Shown piece after piece: positions 22,057 to 33,068 of a stretch of DNA of 64,000 nt. Below the pieces are notes generated by a model. It was given only the letters and a program-made list of their open reading frames with translations. It did not search any database and had not been told where the DNA came from. Both the position numbers and the translations under genes were made by a program. Origin of the DNA: Nitrosopumilus sp. (GTDB taxonomy: Archaea; Thermoproteota; Nitrososphaeria; Nitrososphaerales; Nitrosopumilaceae). Every line of letters starts with the position of its first letter. Position 1 is the first letter of the stretch. Where the stretch lies: positions 2,327,849 through 2,391,848 of the forward strand of contig CBDBLX010000002.1 of assembly GCA_965207445.1 (NCBI GenBank). The letters are read 5' to 3'.

Positions 22057-22833
22057 CTAGTTTGAAATAATTGTAAATTCAGACATAACCATATTACCAT
22101 CACCATCATTGGCATGGATAGTAAATACACCTAATTGAGCCCAACCACTATCTCCTCCTGCAATAGTAATGGTAGAGTAGACACCATCAGACTTTATCAC
22201 AGTTGATTCTGTCCAAACAGTTTCGTTTGTAGGGTTTGTGATGATGAGTTCTATATTAGATCCTGTGACAGCATCAGACCAACCACTTATCGATATAAGA
22301 TCACCCATAGCATACGAATCAAGATCCGTCTTTACATTAAATTCATCAGCAAAAGGCTCGGTGAGATTATTAACAGACACATCATCAATTAAAGAAGGCG
22401 TAGTCATTGTAACAAAAACAAATGCCACTATTATCAATACCAAAATTATAGCGCCAACTGAGATGGCAAAAAGTTTACCTTTGGAAGCACTAGTCTTTTT
22501 GGCAGTAGAGGAGATCAACCGTACAGAATTATCATCAGTGTGGGGTTGTTTGTGTTTTTTATTGACGGTAGATTGTTTTTGTTTTCGGGCAACATTCAAG
22601 TCTTTTGGCAATTCCACATCAGGCACTATGTCAGATTCTTCCACATCAGTATCTTGTTTTTTATGACCAATATGATGCAAGTAACGTTGTGCCAAATCAC
22701 GCACATACTTTCGTTCATAATTACTGATCGGCTCGTTATTTTTACATGCTCTATAGATGTCTTTGAGAATACGATCACCACCAAAATCACCATCTAGTAG
22801 TTTTTTAACATCATCAATCATGTCATCGTACAT
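22057..22833 (-). CDS. Hypothetical membrane protein (central TM, C-terminal Ig-like region)
   Basis: 258 aa; N-terminal GDRILKDIYRAC..NEPISNYERKY; VKTDLDSYAMGDLISISG. Confidence 0.8.
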   Translation of the reverse strand: MYDDMIDDVKKLLDGDFGGDRILKDIYRACKNNEPISNYERKYVRDLAQRYLHHIGHKKQDTDVEESDIVPDVELPKDLNVARKQKQSTVNKKHKQPHTDDNSVRLISSTAKKTSASKGKLFAISVGAIILVLIIVAFVFVTMTTPSLIDDVSVNNLTEPFADEFNVKTDLDSYAMGDLISISGWSDAVTGSNIELIITNPTNETVWTESTVIKSDGVYSTITIAGGDSGWAQLGVFTIHANDGDGNMVMSEFTIISN

Positions 22834-23145
22834 TAATTCTGTGTCTAATTCTCAATATTTATGCATGTAATTTCAATTTAAAAAGTAAATTATTGGTAGT
22901 GATAGGGTGTATAGTAGACAGTATTATTATTATTAATAATAATAGTAATAGTAATAGTAGTGACTGATGACACCATACTTTTTAATATAAAATTAAAAAG
23001 TCATTTTACACAAAGTCGCGTCTCACGATGGTAGTCTGGCGACACCATGTTTTTTGATATAAAAGTAGAAAGAGAATTCAAAATAAAATTGATTTATAGA
23101 ATAATTTTTCAAATATTTATTAATAGGTTAAAAAAAAATACAATA

Positions 23146-23487
23146 ATGAAGCAAATTACAGCAACAATTCCATCAGGTAGGCTGGCAGCAGTCTCAGATG
23201 CAATAAATGACATCGTTGGTGGATTTACTGCTATAGAAGGCAGAGGTCGCGGATCTAGTAAGAGACAAATTGTCAGACAAGGTAGAGGAACAGGTTCAAC
23301 AGTAGCCGAATATAATCAAACCACCACTGTCTTTACTATAGTGCCAGACGAGGATGTCGAGAAGGTTTCAAACGCAATTACAAGTGCCGCAAATTCAGGC
23401 AGTAGAGGAGATGGGATCATCATCGTCACAAATATCGATAGCGTAAACAACATTTCAACAAAAAAGAGTGGCGAAGAAGCCCTCTAA
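23146..23487 (+). CDS. glnB: P-II family nitrogen regulator
   Basis: GRGRG T-loop region with Tyr, SGSRGDGII B-loop, C-terminal GEEAL. Confidence 0.9.
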   Translation: MKQITATIPSGRLAAVSDAINDIVGGFTAIEGRGRGSSKRQIVRQGRGTGSTVAEYNQTTTVFTIVPDEDVEKVSNAITSAANSGSRGDGIIIVTNIDSVNNISTKKSGEEAL

Positions 23488-23519
23488 TACTTTTTTTTAA
23501 AAAATTAGTTCATTTGAGG

Positions 23520-24213
23520 AGTCAGAGGAATCATGTCACCCTGACACATTAGAGGCACGACACGTGAGGACAGATAATAATTTGCACAGCGACAGTACTG
23601 GACGTAAACGAACAGAGATGAGAGACACACCGGATAATAGGGCAGGTGCAGAAACGTGAAAAAATCCCATACGCAAGTTTGACACACCATATACCAGATA
23701 CATTACACGTGAAAAGAAAAAGAGGGCACGACCAATTCCATAATTACCCAGGTATGATGATGCAAGTATTAGGCACGTGCAGTGCATATGAGAAATGTTC
23801 AAGGACCATATAGATAGCATCTTGTACCACCCAAAGCGGCATGGCAGACATCATGGCATAAAACCCAAGGCCCTAGGAAACATTCTACTATTATATTTGT
23901 CAATACCAAGTGGCGCCAATGATGTGTATGTACACCTCAACTACAAGTCAGCAGACCATGCCGTAGAACAAAAATTTCCAAGGGATATGGTCCATAGGAC
24001 GATGTTGGCCGACTGCCATGTATGCAACTGAGAATACCCCCTTTTCACCCCCCAACAGTGTATACGATGCACCGTGACGTAAAAACTCGATCATTTTATG
24101 TCCGATTTATTGAATCGACAACACTACCATCCTACACTAACTGTCAAAAATTGACATTGGACCATGCCGTAGGAAATACATATCACAACTCGGAGGTGAC
24201 ATCATTTCCCGAC
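23520..24213 (+). mobile_element. Degenerate IS (IS1595-like) remnant
   Basis: Imperfect TIRs agtcagaggaatcatgtcacc / ggtgacatcatttcccgac shared with 42287-42907; broken frames with HIDSILYHPKR..HHGIKPK resembling an IS1595 transposase C-terminus. Confidence 0.55.
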
Positions 24214-24249
24214 ATTATATAATAATTAACATATGTTGTTCAAAAATGG

Positions 24250-24489
24250 TTACCGTTGACCCTCTACACCTATGAGTGTTAATGTAGAGCGGATTTTTGG
24301 AATCTTTCTGATCTTCCACGTTATGGTCTCACGTAAAACATCGACAAGAGAAAGCTCTACCTTGGCCAAAATATCATATGCGCCAAATGTGCCGTGCACC
24401 TCAACTACACCTTTTATTGATTTTAGTTCATCTATTACAGTTTCTTCTGATCCTAGTTCACAATTTATTAAAACATATGCAGTAGCCAT
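24250..24489 (-). CDS. Lrp/AsnC ligand-binding domain protein
   Basis: AYVLINCELG...VHGTFGAYDILAKVE...IRSTLTL. Confidence 0.93.
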   Translation of the reverse strand: MATAYVLINCELGSEETVIDELKSIKGVVEVHGTFGAYDILAKVELSLVDVLRETITWKIRKIPKIRSTLTLIGVEGQR

Positions 24490-24616
24490 TACACACAACT
24501 CCTCCTCCTCATCATCATCAATACTAGTTACATTTTCAATTATATAAAATTGCGCAGAATTATCTCAAAAAATATCATAGTGTGACACATATTTTCAAAC
24601 ACATGTAAATAATTAA

Positions 24617-25588
24617 TCAACAAAGAATAGGTTTCATATAAGAACGCATTACATAAATTAACTGATCAATATGTTTTGTTGCTGTTATCATTGAGCGCAC
24701 ACTAGAACCATTGCGAACTCCTTTTGTAAATCTCATCGCTTGTCCTTTGATATTTGCAAATCGAATTTGATACCGAGCTGCAATATTTAGATACTCAAAG
24801 AATGCATTTAATTTTTCACTAGGTGAATACATATTATATGTACCAGTTTGTAAATAATCATTTATTTGTTCAAAGAGAAATGGATTTCCCATCGCACCTC
24901 TTCCAATCATAACATAGTCGCAACCAGTTTGATCAATCATAGATTTAGCATCCTCAGGAGTTGTAATATCACCATTGCCCACGATTGGAACACTAGAGCG
25001 ATCTTTGAGTAGTTTAATGAGCTTCCAATCCGATTTACCAGAGTATCCTTGCCCAACAGTGCGAGGATGAAGAGTTATCATCTCAATACCTTCATCTTGA
25101 GCTATCTGTGCTATTTTAAGAAACAAATATGGATCCGATGCAGCAACACCAGCACGCATCTTCAACGTGACAGGTGTATGTTTGACAGAGTTAACTAGTG
25201 TCTGAAATATCTGGCGTGTCAAATCTTCTTTCTGAAGTAAAGCACCTCCCGCCATCTGACTTGTAATGTGGGGCGCAGGGCAACCCATATTATAATCAAT
25301 TATATCAAAATGTGGCTCTACAATTTTAGCTGATTTGGCAAGAGCTTCTAGATCAGAGCCAAACAGTTGTACTGACAAGGGGCGTTCAGCATCAGAATAT
25401 TCTATAAAATCACGTATTGAGCCATTGTTTTGCTCAAGTTGTGCATGTTGCGCTACAATACTATGTATGCTAGTAAATTCTGTTACAACAAGTGCAGCAC
25501 CCATCTTTTTACACTGCAATCGTAAAGCGGGATCACTTACACCTGCCATAGGGGCAAGAAATACTCTACCAGAAAAACGTGGAAGCAT
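24617..25588 (-). CDS. dus: tRNA-dihydrouridine synthase
   Basis: LAPMAGVSD, QLFGS, NMGCP, HPRT, GNGDI and MIGRGA motifs. Confidence 0.95.
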   Translation of the reverse strand: MLPRFSGRVFLAPMAGVSDPALRLQCKKMGAALVVTEFTSIHSIVAQHAQLEQNNGSIRDFIEYSDAERPLSVQLFGSDLEALAKSAKIVEPHFDIIDYNMGCPAPHITSQMAGGALLQKEDLTRQIFQTLVNSVKHTPVTLKMRAGVAASDPYLFLKIAQIAQDEGIEMITLHPRTVGQGYSGKSDWKLIKLLKDRSSVPIVGNGDITTPEDAKSMIDQTGCDYVMIGRGAMGNPFLFEQINDYLQTGTYNMYSPSEKLNAFFEYLNIAARYQIRFANIKGQAMRFTKGVRNGSSVRSMITATKHIDQLIYVMRSYMKPILC

Positions 25589-25631
25589 AATTAAAGAACC
25601 ATCTAGTGATATATCATCGCTGTGTTATTTG

Positions 25632-27839
25632 TTATTCTGGACAACCATCGTGGTCCTCAACGCCATTGTAATTCTCAGGAGTCAAGGGACAACTATCCAT
25701 ATAATCTAGTATATTGTCCAAATCAAGATCGTGTGCGAATCTTTGTTGTTCGGGTAATACATCAGGGCATCCGTCATGATCATTGTACTTGTTCCACACC
25801 TCTGGGCTTGTAGGACACAGATCAACATAATCAGGATATGTATCATTATCAGCGTCAGGTAATGAGAGCATAGGATCAGGTGCAGGTCTCACATCAGGGC
25901 AACCGTCCCAATCAAGATAACCATTAAAGTTTTCAGGCTCAGTAGGGCAATTATCTTTGGCATCATGTATTTGGTCTCCATCTGCATCAGGCAAGTGTCC
26001 AAATGATGCAGAAATAGGCTCAGCAGACACAGCCTCATCAGGGCAACCGTCATCATCATTTATCATATTGTAAACTTCAGGTTGTAAAGGGCATTGATCA
26101 AATGCATCTATAATCCCATCATAATCAGCATCTGTAAGAGATGCAACCTCATCAGGGCAACCATCACGGTCAAGTAGTCCATTTAGAGTCTCAGGTTGGT
26201 TGGGACAAGAGTCAAAGATGTCAAGTATGTTATCATTGTCACTGTCAGCAGCAGATCTCGAGTCATCTACACGATCTGGACAGCCATCTTCATCTTGATA
26301 ACGGTTGTAAGTCTCCTTTTCAAATGGACATTGGTCTGCATCATCTAGTATAAAGTCATAATCAGTATCACCTAATTTTTCATATTGCACAGTATCAGGA
26401 CAACCATCCTCATCGGCAAATTGGTTATAGCGTTCTGCTTGTAGTGGGCATTGATCAACATCATCAGGTATATTATCATGATCACTGTCAATTATTCCTG
26501 TACCAGATATACCAGGGACGTCTGGACAGCCATCCCAATCAAGATAACCATTAAAGTTCTCAGGTTCATTTAGACATTGATCCCATCGATCGTCAATCTG
26601 ATCAGCATCCGCATCAGCAAAGACGAAAACAGTAGATAGTACTGGATCTATCTGATCAGGGCAACCATCATCATCTTGGAAATTATTGTACGTTTCTGGC
26701 TCAATCACACACAAGTCAACAGAATCAAAGATCCCATCGCGGTCTCTATCAGACATTATATTTACTGCATCAGGGCATCCGTCACTATCCAATATGCCGT
26801 TTATAGTTTCAGGTTGGTTTGGACACAAATCTGTCAGATCTTGTATGCCATCCCCATCAGTATCAAAGGATTGCCTAGCATCATATAACGTATCAGGGCA
26901 ACCATCCTCATCATTGAACTTGTTGTATACTTCTCGTGCAAATGGACATTTATCTTGAAGATCATACACACCATCATAGTCAGAGTCCCCTGACGGTAAA
27001 AGCGCCAACACATCAGGGCAGCCATCTGCATCATTGAACTTGTTAAAATTCTCTCGCTCAAATGGACATTGATCAAAATCATCAGGTATGGAATCATGAT
27101 CAGAGTCAACAAGTGGAATTGGAGTTGCGCCAATAGTGTCGATGCAACCATCCCAATCAAGATTTCCATTATAGTTCTCAGGTTCATTTAGACATTGATC
27201 CCATCGATCGTCAATACCATCACCATCAGTATCTGGAAATTGATAAATTGCAACAGCAGAGTCTGCACCATTATCAGTACTATCAGGACATCCATCTGTG
27301 TCATCAAACAAATTAAAAGTTTCAGGTTGTAAAGGACACTGATCAAATGTATCTGAGATTCCATCTTGATCCCTATCTGCAAGACTCATCGAGTCATCAG
27401 GACATCCATCCCGGTCATCTACACCATTGAATGTCTCAGGCTGAGTGGGGCAAGAGTCCATGTTATCTGGATATCCATCAGAATCTGAATCAATTATGAT
27501 ACTTGCACCCTCAGACATGTTTTGGTCTGGACACCCATCAGTGTCATCTACAGTATTGTAAGTCTCTTTGATTCGTGGGCAATGATCTAGATGATCCTGT
27601 ATTCCATCGTGGTCAGTATCATACCAAGGTACAAAGTCTGCAGGACAGCCATCAATATTCAAACCATATTGTGGATCATAGTCCTCTTTTAAAAAAGGAC
27701 AATAATCATCAGAGTCAGGAATGCCGTCATTGTCAGTGTCAATAACTGCATTTGCATACATGGCGCCAGATGGGAACATGCCAATACTCAATACGAGTAT
27801 AATCATTATTGTAGATATTCCAATTAACTTTATCTCCAT
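25632..27839 (-). CDS. Thrombospondin type 3 repeat protein (secreted, Ca-binding)
   Basis: Signal peptide plus many DxDxDGxxDxxDxCP..E..N...DxDGCPD repeats. Confidence 0.93.
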   Translation of the reverse strand: MEIKLIGISTIMIILVLSIGMFPSGAMYANAVIDTDNDGIPDSDDYCPFLKEDYDPQYGLNIDGCPADFVPWYDTDHDGIQDHLDHCPRIKETYNTVDDTDGCPDQNMSEGASIIIDSDSDGYPDNMDSCPTQPETFNGVDDRDGCPDDSMSLADRDQDGISDTFDQCPLQPETFNLFDDTDGCPDSTDNGADSAVAIYQFPDTDGDGIDDRWDQCLNEPENYNGNLDWDGCIDTIGATPIPLVDSDHDSIPDDFDQCPFERENFNKFNDADGCPDVLALLPSGDSDYDGVYDLQDKCPFAREVYNKFNDEDGCPDTLYDARQSFDTDGDGIQDLTDLCPNQPETINGILDSDGCPDAVNIMSDRDRDGIFDSVDLCVIEPETYNNFQDDDGCPDQIDPVLSTVFVFADADADQIDDRWDQCLNEPENFNGYLDWDGCPDVPGISGTGIIDSDHDNIPDDVDQCPLQAERYNQFADEDGCPDTVQYEKLGDTDYDFILDDADQCPFEKETYNRYQDEDGCPDRVDDSRSAADSDNDNILDIFDSCPNQPETLNGLLDRDGCPDEVASLTDADYDGIIDAFDQCPLQPEVYNMINDDDGCPDEAVSAEPISASFGHLPDADGDQIHDAKDNCPTEPENFNGYLDWDGCPDVRPAPDPMLSLPDADNDTYPDYVDLCPTSPEVWNKYNDHDGCPDVLPEQQRFAHDLDLDNILDYMDSCPLTPENYNGVEDHDGCPE

Positions 27840-28157
27840 CAGTTTTTCTTTGTATCACGCATTTATTAAGTATCATGTATGATGGTTGTGAGATGAGATG
27901 AGAGTGGGTTGTGAGATGAGATGTGAGAGGGTTGTAAGATGTCGTAAACAAAGCTCTTTGAATACAATAACGAAATTATATACGTGTATTTAGTCATATT
28001 TTTTTCTGCATATCGAGTATCGTACATATGGTGTATTTTGCTAGGAGTTATTTTTAAATGATTATATCAAAGCTTGGTTCACACGTGAATTGAGGTGTAT
28101 GGTAAAAGCTGATTGTACAAGTATATATGATTATTCTAGTTTGCCTAGTCTCAACTT

Positions 28158-30422
28158 TTACAGATCAGGGCAACCATCTGTATCAGATACTCCATCATAG
28201 TCTTCAGGTTCAAATGGACACGCATCTACATCATCTAATATTTGATCTAGATCAGCATCGTGTGCAAACCTCTGCTGTTCAGGAACATTATCTGGACAAC
28301 CATCTAGATCAAAGTACTTGTTCCATGTCTCAGGAGCCGTTGGACACATATCATTGATGTCAAGGTAGCCATCATTATCAGAGTCTAATATTTGTGGAAT
28401 TACTGATAACGCACCTGGTGTGTCAGGACATCCATCCCAATCAAGATAGTCGTTGTAATTTTCTGCCTCATCAAGACAATTATCCCATCTATCATCTACA
28501 CCATCATCGTCATTGTCAGGAAATGTATAGTTAGGCAACACTACATCAGTATCATCAGGACAACCGTCATCATCCTCAAACATATTGTATACTTCTGCCA
28601 TAGTTGGACACTCATCTGCCATATCTACAATACCATCCATATCCACATCAAGTGCACTGAGAACATCATCAGGACATCCATCGCGGTCATTGAATCCATT
28701 TACAGTCTCAGGTTGGTTTGGACAATAGTCAACAGAGTCCAATAGACCATCACCGTCGCTGTCTGCGACAGACGGATTGTCTACAACTATATCAGGGCAG
28801 CCATCATCGTCTTGATACTTGTTATATGTCTCAAAGGCGTTTGGACACTCATCTACATCGTCAAATATACCATCATTATCAGAATCGCCTACAAAGTTAC
28901 TTGGTATTGATTCTGGACATCCATCCTCGTCTTGATATCCATTGTAACGTTCTGCTTGATCAGGGCACTGGTCACTGTCATTTGGAATCCCATCATAATC
29001 ATCATCATATACAATTAGTGTGGTTGCGCCCCGTACATCCGGACAACCGTCTGAGTCAAGATAGTTATTGTAATTTTCTGCCTCATCAAGGCAGTTATCC
29101 CATCTGTCATCTACACCATCATCGTCATTATCAGGAAAAGTAAATTGTGTCACAGCAGATGCAGGTGCAGTATCAGGGCAACCATCTGAATCTTCAAAAA
29201 AGTTAAAGGTCTCAGGTTGGGATATACATTGATCAACTGTATCAAGTATACCATCTTGATCAGAGTCTGGGATAAGTATCGATACGCGATCAGGGCAACC
29301 ATCTTGATCCAGATACTTGTTATAATTTTCAGGTTGTGTTGGACACAAGTCTACCATATCAATAAAGCCATCTTGATCAGAGTCAATAATCTGTTTGTTG
29401 TCAATTATAAGATCAGGACATCCGTCATTGTCAGATATCTTGTTATATGTCTCTGCATTAAATGGACATGCATCATCCATATCGGATATTCCATCATTGT
29501 CAATATCACCATTAAAGCCAAACAACAATACGTCTGGGCAACCGTCTCCATCTTGATACTTGTTATAGTTCTCACGCTCAAGTGGGCATTGATCTATATC
29601 ATTAGGTATGCCGTCATAATCCTCATCTAACACAACAACTGATTCAGCACCTGGTGTATCAGGGCATCCGTCCCAATCAAGATAGTTGTTGTAATTTTCT
29701 GCCTCATCAAGACAGTTATCCCATCTATCCTCTATACCGTCATCATCAGCATCAGGAAACGTGTACTCTGACATAACAGACGGGGCATCATCAGGACATC
29801 CATCTGTATCCTCAAATAGGTTGTATGATTCGGGTTCTGTAGGACAAGCATCAACATTATCAGAGAGTCCATCCATGTCAATATCAGATACAAGTTGTGA
29901 ATCATCAGGACATCCATCCCTATCATTTAATCCATTGAATGTCTCAGATTGAGTGGGGCAAGAATCCAGATAGTCAGGAAAGCCGTCGCCGTCAACATCA
30001 CTAGTCATACGAGGTGTAACTACGGGAGGTGTGTCAGGACATCCATCAGCATCTGCAAATTGGTTATAGGTCTCCCTGACTGTAGGACAATTATCTATAT
30101 GATCTTGAATTCCATCATAGTCAGTATCGTACCAAGGCACAAAATCAGCAGGGCATCCGTCTATATTCATACCATATTGAGGATCATAATCTTCTAACAA
30201 GTTTGGGCATTGGTCCATATTGTTTGGTACACCGTCGCCGTCAGTGTCAATAGCAGTGTTTGCATATACAGTAGTAGTAAAGTACATTGGAGATGTGAGT
30301 CCAATAGTCATGATAGTAAATATCATAAATGCAACAGTGGTAAAATTACGAGTGTTGTGATAACGCCGTTGAGTGAATTTTACATTGTTGTTGTTGTGAG
30401 TATGGTTTGAGATCCAAGTCAT
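28158..30422 (-). CDS. Thrombospondin type 3 repeat protein
   Basis: Same repeat architecture; paralog of both neighbours. Confidence 0.93.
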   Translation of the reverse strand: MTWISNHTHNNNNVKFTQRRYHNTRNFTTVAFMIFTIMTIGLTSPMYFTTTVYANTAIDTDGDGVPNNMDQCPNLLEDYDPQYGMNIDGCPADFVPWYDTDYDGIQDHIDNCPTVRETYNQFADADGCPDTPPVVTPRMTSDVDGDGFPDYLDSCPTQSETFNGLNDRDGCPDDSQLVSDIDMDGLSDNVDACPTEPESYNLFEDTDGCPDDAPSVMSEYTFPDADDDGIEDRWDNCLDEAENYNNYLDWDGCPDTPGAESVVVLDEDYDGIPNDIDQCPLERENYNKYQDGDGCPDVLLFGFNGDIDNDGISDMDDACPFNAETYNKISDNDGCPDLIIDNKQIIDSDQDGFIDMVDLCPTQPENYNKYLDQDGCPDRVSILIPDSDQDGILDTVDQCISQPETFNFFEDSDGCPDTAPASAVTQFTFPDNDDDGVDDRWDNCLDEAENYNNYLDSDGCPDVRGATTLIVYDDDYDGIPNDSDQCPDQAERYNGYQDEDGCPESIPSNFVGDSDNDGIFDDVDECPNAFETYNKYQDDDGCPDIVVDNPSVADSDGDGLLDSVDYCPNQPETVNGFNDRDGCPDDVLSALDVDMDGIVDMADECPTMAEVYNMFEDDDGCPDDTDVVLPNYTFPDNDDDGVDDRWDNCLDEAENYNDYLDWDGCPDTPGALSVIPQILDSDNDGYLDINDMCPTAPETWNKYFDLDGCPDNVPEQQRFAHDADLDQILDDVDACPFEPEDYDGVSDTDGCPDL

Positions 30423-30462
30423 CTTATTTCACTACCTTCCATATTATTACACATTATCATCA

Positions 30463-32922
30463 TCATGTCTCAGGGCATCCATCTACAGTACCAATGTAAT
30501 CTTCAGGCTCCAAGGGGCACAAATCATTACTGTTTAAGATTCCATCCAAGTCAGAATCATGCTTGTATCTTGACTGTTCTGGAATAGAGTCTGGGCAACC
30601 ATCACCATCACGATACTTGTTCCACGTCTCTGGGAGTTCAACGCACTGGTCTACATCATCATAAAACCCATCCCCATCAGTATCTGTCTGCTGTGCTACA
30701 AATGGGACCACATCAGGGCAACCGTCATAATCGATGTAACGGTTCCAAGTCTCATCGAGTTCTGGACAGAGGTCCATATTATTTGGAACTCCATCACCAT
30801 CTGTGTCATTTATTGTCTCATCGACGTCAGGACATCCATCCTCATCTTCAAATCCATTAAGAGTCTCAGGTTGGCTTGGACAGTCATCTTGTGCATCATT
30901 CAATCCATCACCATCAGAGTCAGGGATTACATTACCTTGGTCAACACTGTCAGGGCAACCGTCTGCGTCATAAAGCCTATTCCAAGTTTCAGGAGCCGTT
31001 GGACACATGTCAACATCATCTAAAATTCCATCAGAATCGCGGTCAGATTGTGTCCTAAAGTCATCAGGACAACCGTCTGTATCAAGCACGCCATTGAATG
31101 TTTCAGGCTGGTTTGGACACAAGTCACGAGAGTCAAATATCCCATCACCATCAGAGTCAGGCTGATCTCGATTATCTGCAACTGTATCTGGGCACCCATC
31201 ACCATCAATAAAGAAGTTGTATGTCTCAGCTAGTAGAGGACACATATCTACTTCATCAGGTATAGCATCAGAATCCGTGTCAATTGTAGTGACAAAGTCA
31301 GGATAATCAGGACATCCATCGTCATCCTCAAAGTTATTGTAAGTCTCTCGTGCTAGTTGGCATTGGTCATCTGCGTCATCGATGCCATCAAAGTCAGCAT
31401 CAGTCCCTATAGTACCATCATCAGGGCAACCATCATAATCAATGTAACGGTTCCAAGTCTCCAAAGTATCAGGACACAAGTCCATAACATCACTTACTCC
31501 ATCTCCATCCGTATCAGAGAGTGACACATCAGGGCAACCATCAGTATCCAAATAACCATTTACTATCTCAGCAGATAGCGGACACTGATCAACAAAGTCA
31601 GGTATATTATCATTATCAGCATCGTGTGATATTACTACAATAGTCGTGTCAGGGCAACCATCATCATCATTCACTTTATTCCATGTTTCAGGAGTAGTTG
31701 GGCATTCATCTAGTTCATCTACTATTCCATCCATATCACGGTCAGAGTCAGATTTTGTATCAGGACAACCATCCAAATCGTATATACCATTGAATGTTTC
31801 AGGCTGGTTTGGACACAGATCAACATAATCATTTATTCCATCCTTATCATTATCAGGAACTGGTTTGGTAGAGCCAACATAATCAGGGCAACCGTCACCG
31901 TCCATGAAGAGATTATATGTCTCCTTGGATTGAGGGCACTGATCCACACTATTTAAAATACCATCAAGGTCAGAATCAACATCTGTAGTATAAGGCGGTA
32001 TATCAGGGCAACCATCATCATCCATAAAGCCGTTGTATCGTTCAGGTATTAGAGGACAAGAGTCTTCATGATCTGCAACACGATCGCCATCAGCGTCACC
32101 TGGTGTGTTACGGAAATTTGGAAGAGTGTCAGGGCAACCATCAAAGTCAGAGAATTGGTTGTATGTTTCGCGATCAGACGGACAAATGTCGAATTGATCT
32201 GCAATGCCATCACCATCACGATCAGATGAATCTACGTTGAGAACAACATCAGGGCATCCATCCAAATCACGATAGTTGTTTATAGTTTCAGGTTCAGTCA
32301 TACACAAGTCGACTTTGTCTGGTATACCATCACCATCTGTATCATCAAAAGAAGGATCGCTGGGGGTGTCAGGACAACCATCTTCATCTTGGAAGCGATT
32401 ATAATTTTCAGGCGCAAGTGGACATGCATCAATATGGTCAGAAATACCATCATAGTCACGGTCCACGGTACTTAATGAATCAGGACAACCATCCAAATCA
32501 AGATAGCCATTAAATGTCTCAGGTTGTGTCGGACATAAATCTACAACATCAGAGAACGAATCATTATCAGAGTCTGGCAACCCACTTTCACCGCTTCCAG
32601 GTGCAGAATCAGGACAACCATCTTCATCTTCGAATCCATTGTGTTGTTCTTTTAGTGCAGGGCATCTATCTTCATGATCCTGAATTCCATCAGAGTCCTC
32701 ATCGTACCACGGGACAAAGTTTGATGGGCACCCATCTATTTCTCCTTGATAATCTTCAATTAGATTTGGGCATAAATCCACATCATCCATGACACCATCC
32801 TTGTCAGGATCTGGGTCAGAAAAAGCCTGTTGAGAGGCAAACGGGACGCTAGTCAACGTAGCTACTAGTAACAGCATAAAGGGAAATATTTTATTTTGTT
32901 TCAAATACAAGGATTGTTTCAA
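30463..32922 (-). CDS. Thrombospondin type 3 repeat protein
   Basis: Same repeat architecture; signal peptide; TTG start. Confidence 0.93.
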   Translation of the reverse strand: MKQSLYLKQNKIFPFMLLLVATLTSVPFASQQAFSDPDPDKDGVMDDVDLCPNLIEDYQGEIDGCPSNFVPWYDEDSDGIQDHEDRCPALKEQHNGFEDEDGCPDSAPGSGESGLPDSDNDSFSDVVDLCPTQPETFNGYLDLDGCPDSLSTVDRDYDGISDHIDACPLAPENYNRFQDEDGCPDTPSDPSFDDTDGDGIPDKVDLCMTEPETINNYRDLDGCPDVVLNVDSSDRDGDGIADQFDICPSDRETYNQFSDFDGCPDTLPNFRNTPGDADGDRVADHEDSCPLIPERYNGFMDDDGCPDIPPYTTDVDSDLDGILNSVDQCPQSKETYNLFMDGDGCPDYVGSTKPVPDNDKDGINDYVDLCPNQPETFNGIYDLDGCPDTKSDSDRDMDGIVDELDECPTTPETWNKVNDDDGCPDTTIVVISHDADNDNIPDFVDQCPLSAEIVNGYLDTDGCPDVSLSDTDGDGVSDVMDLCPDTLETWNRYIDYDGCPDDGTIGTDADFDGIDDADDQCQLARETYNNFEDDDGCPDYPDFVTTIDTDSDAIPDEVDMCPLLAETYNFFIDGDGCPDTVADNRDQPDSDGDGIFDSRDLCPNQPETFNGVLDTDGCPDDFRTQSDRDSDGILDDVDMCPTAPETWNRLYDADGCPDSVDQGNVIPDSDGDGLNDAQDDCPSQPETLNGFEDEDGCPDVDETINDTDGDGVPNNMDLCPELDETWNRYIDYDGCPDVVPFVAQQTDTDGDGFYDDVDQCVELPETWNKYRDGDGCPDSIPEQSRYKHDSDLDGILNSNDLCPLEPEDYIGTVDGCPET

Positions 32923-33068
32923 TAATCTATTTATTAAACTTCTCTAAATTGGGCGGATCTCTATTGAATGAATCAAAAAAGTGTCAAAGTGCCAATAGTA
33001 ATAGCAAACCATCCGTAATGTGCCAACACTACAATAATTATAATAAACAAGCAAATCTACAAGCAACC

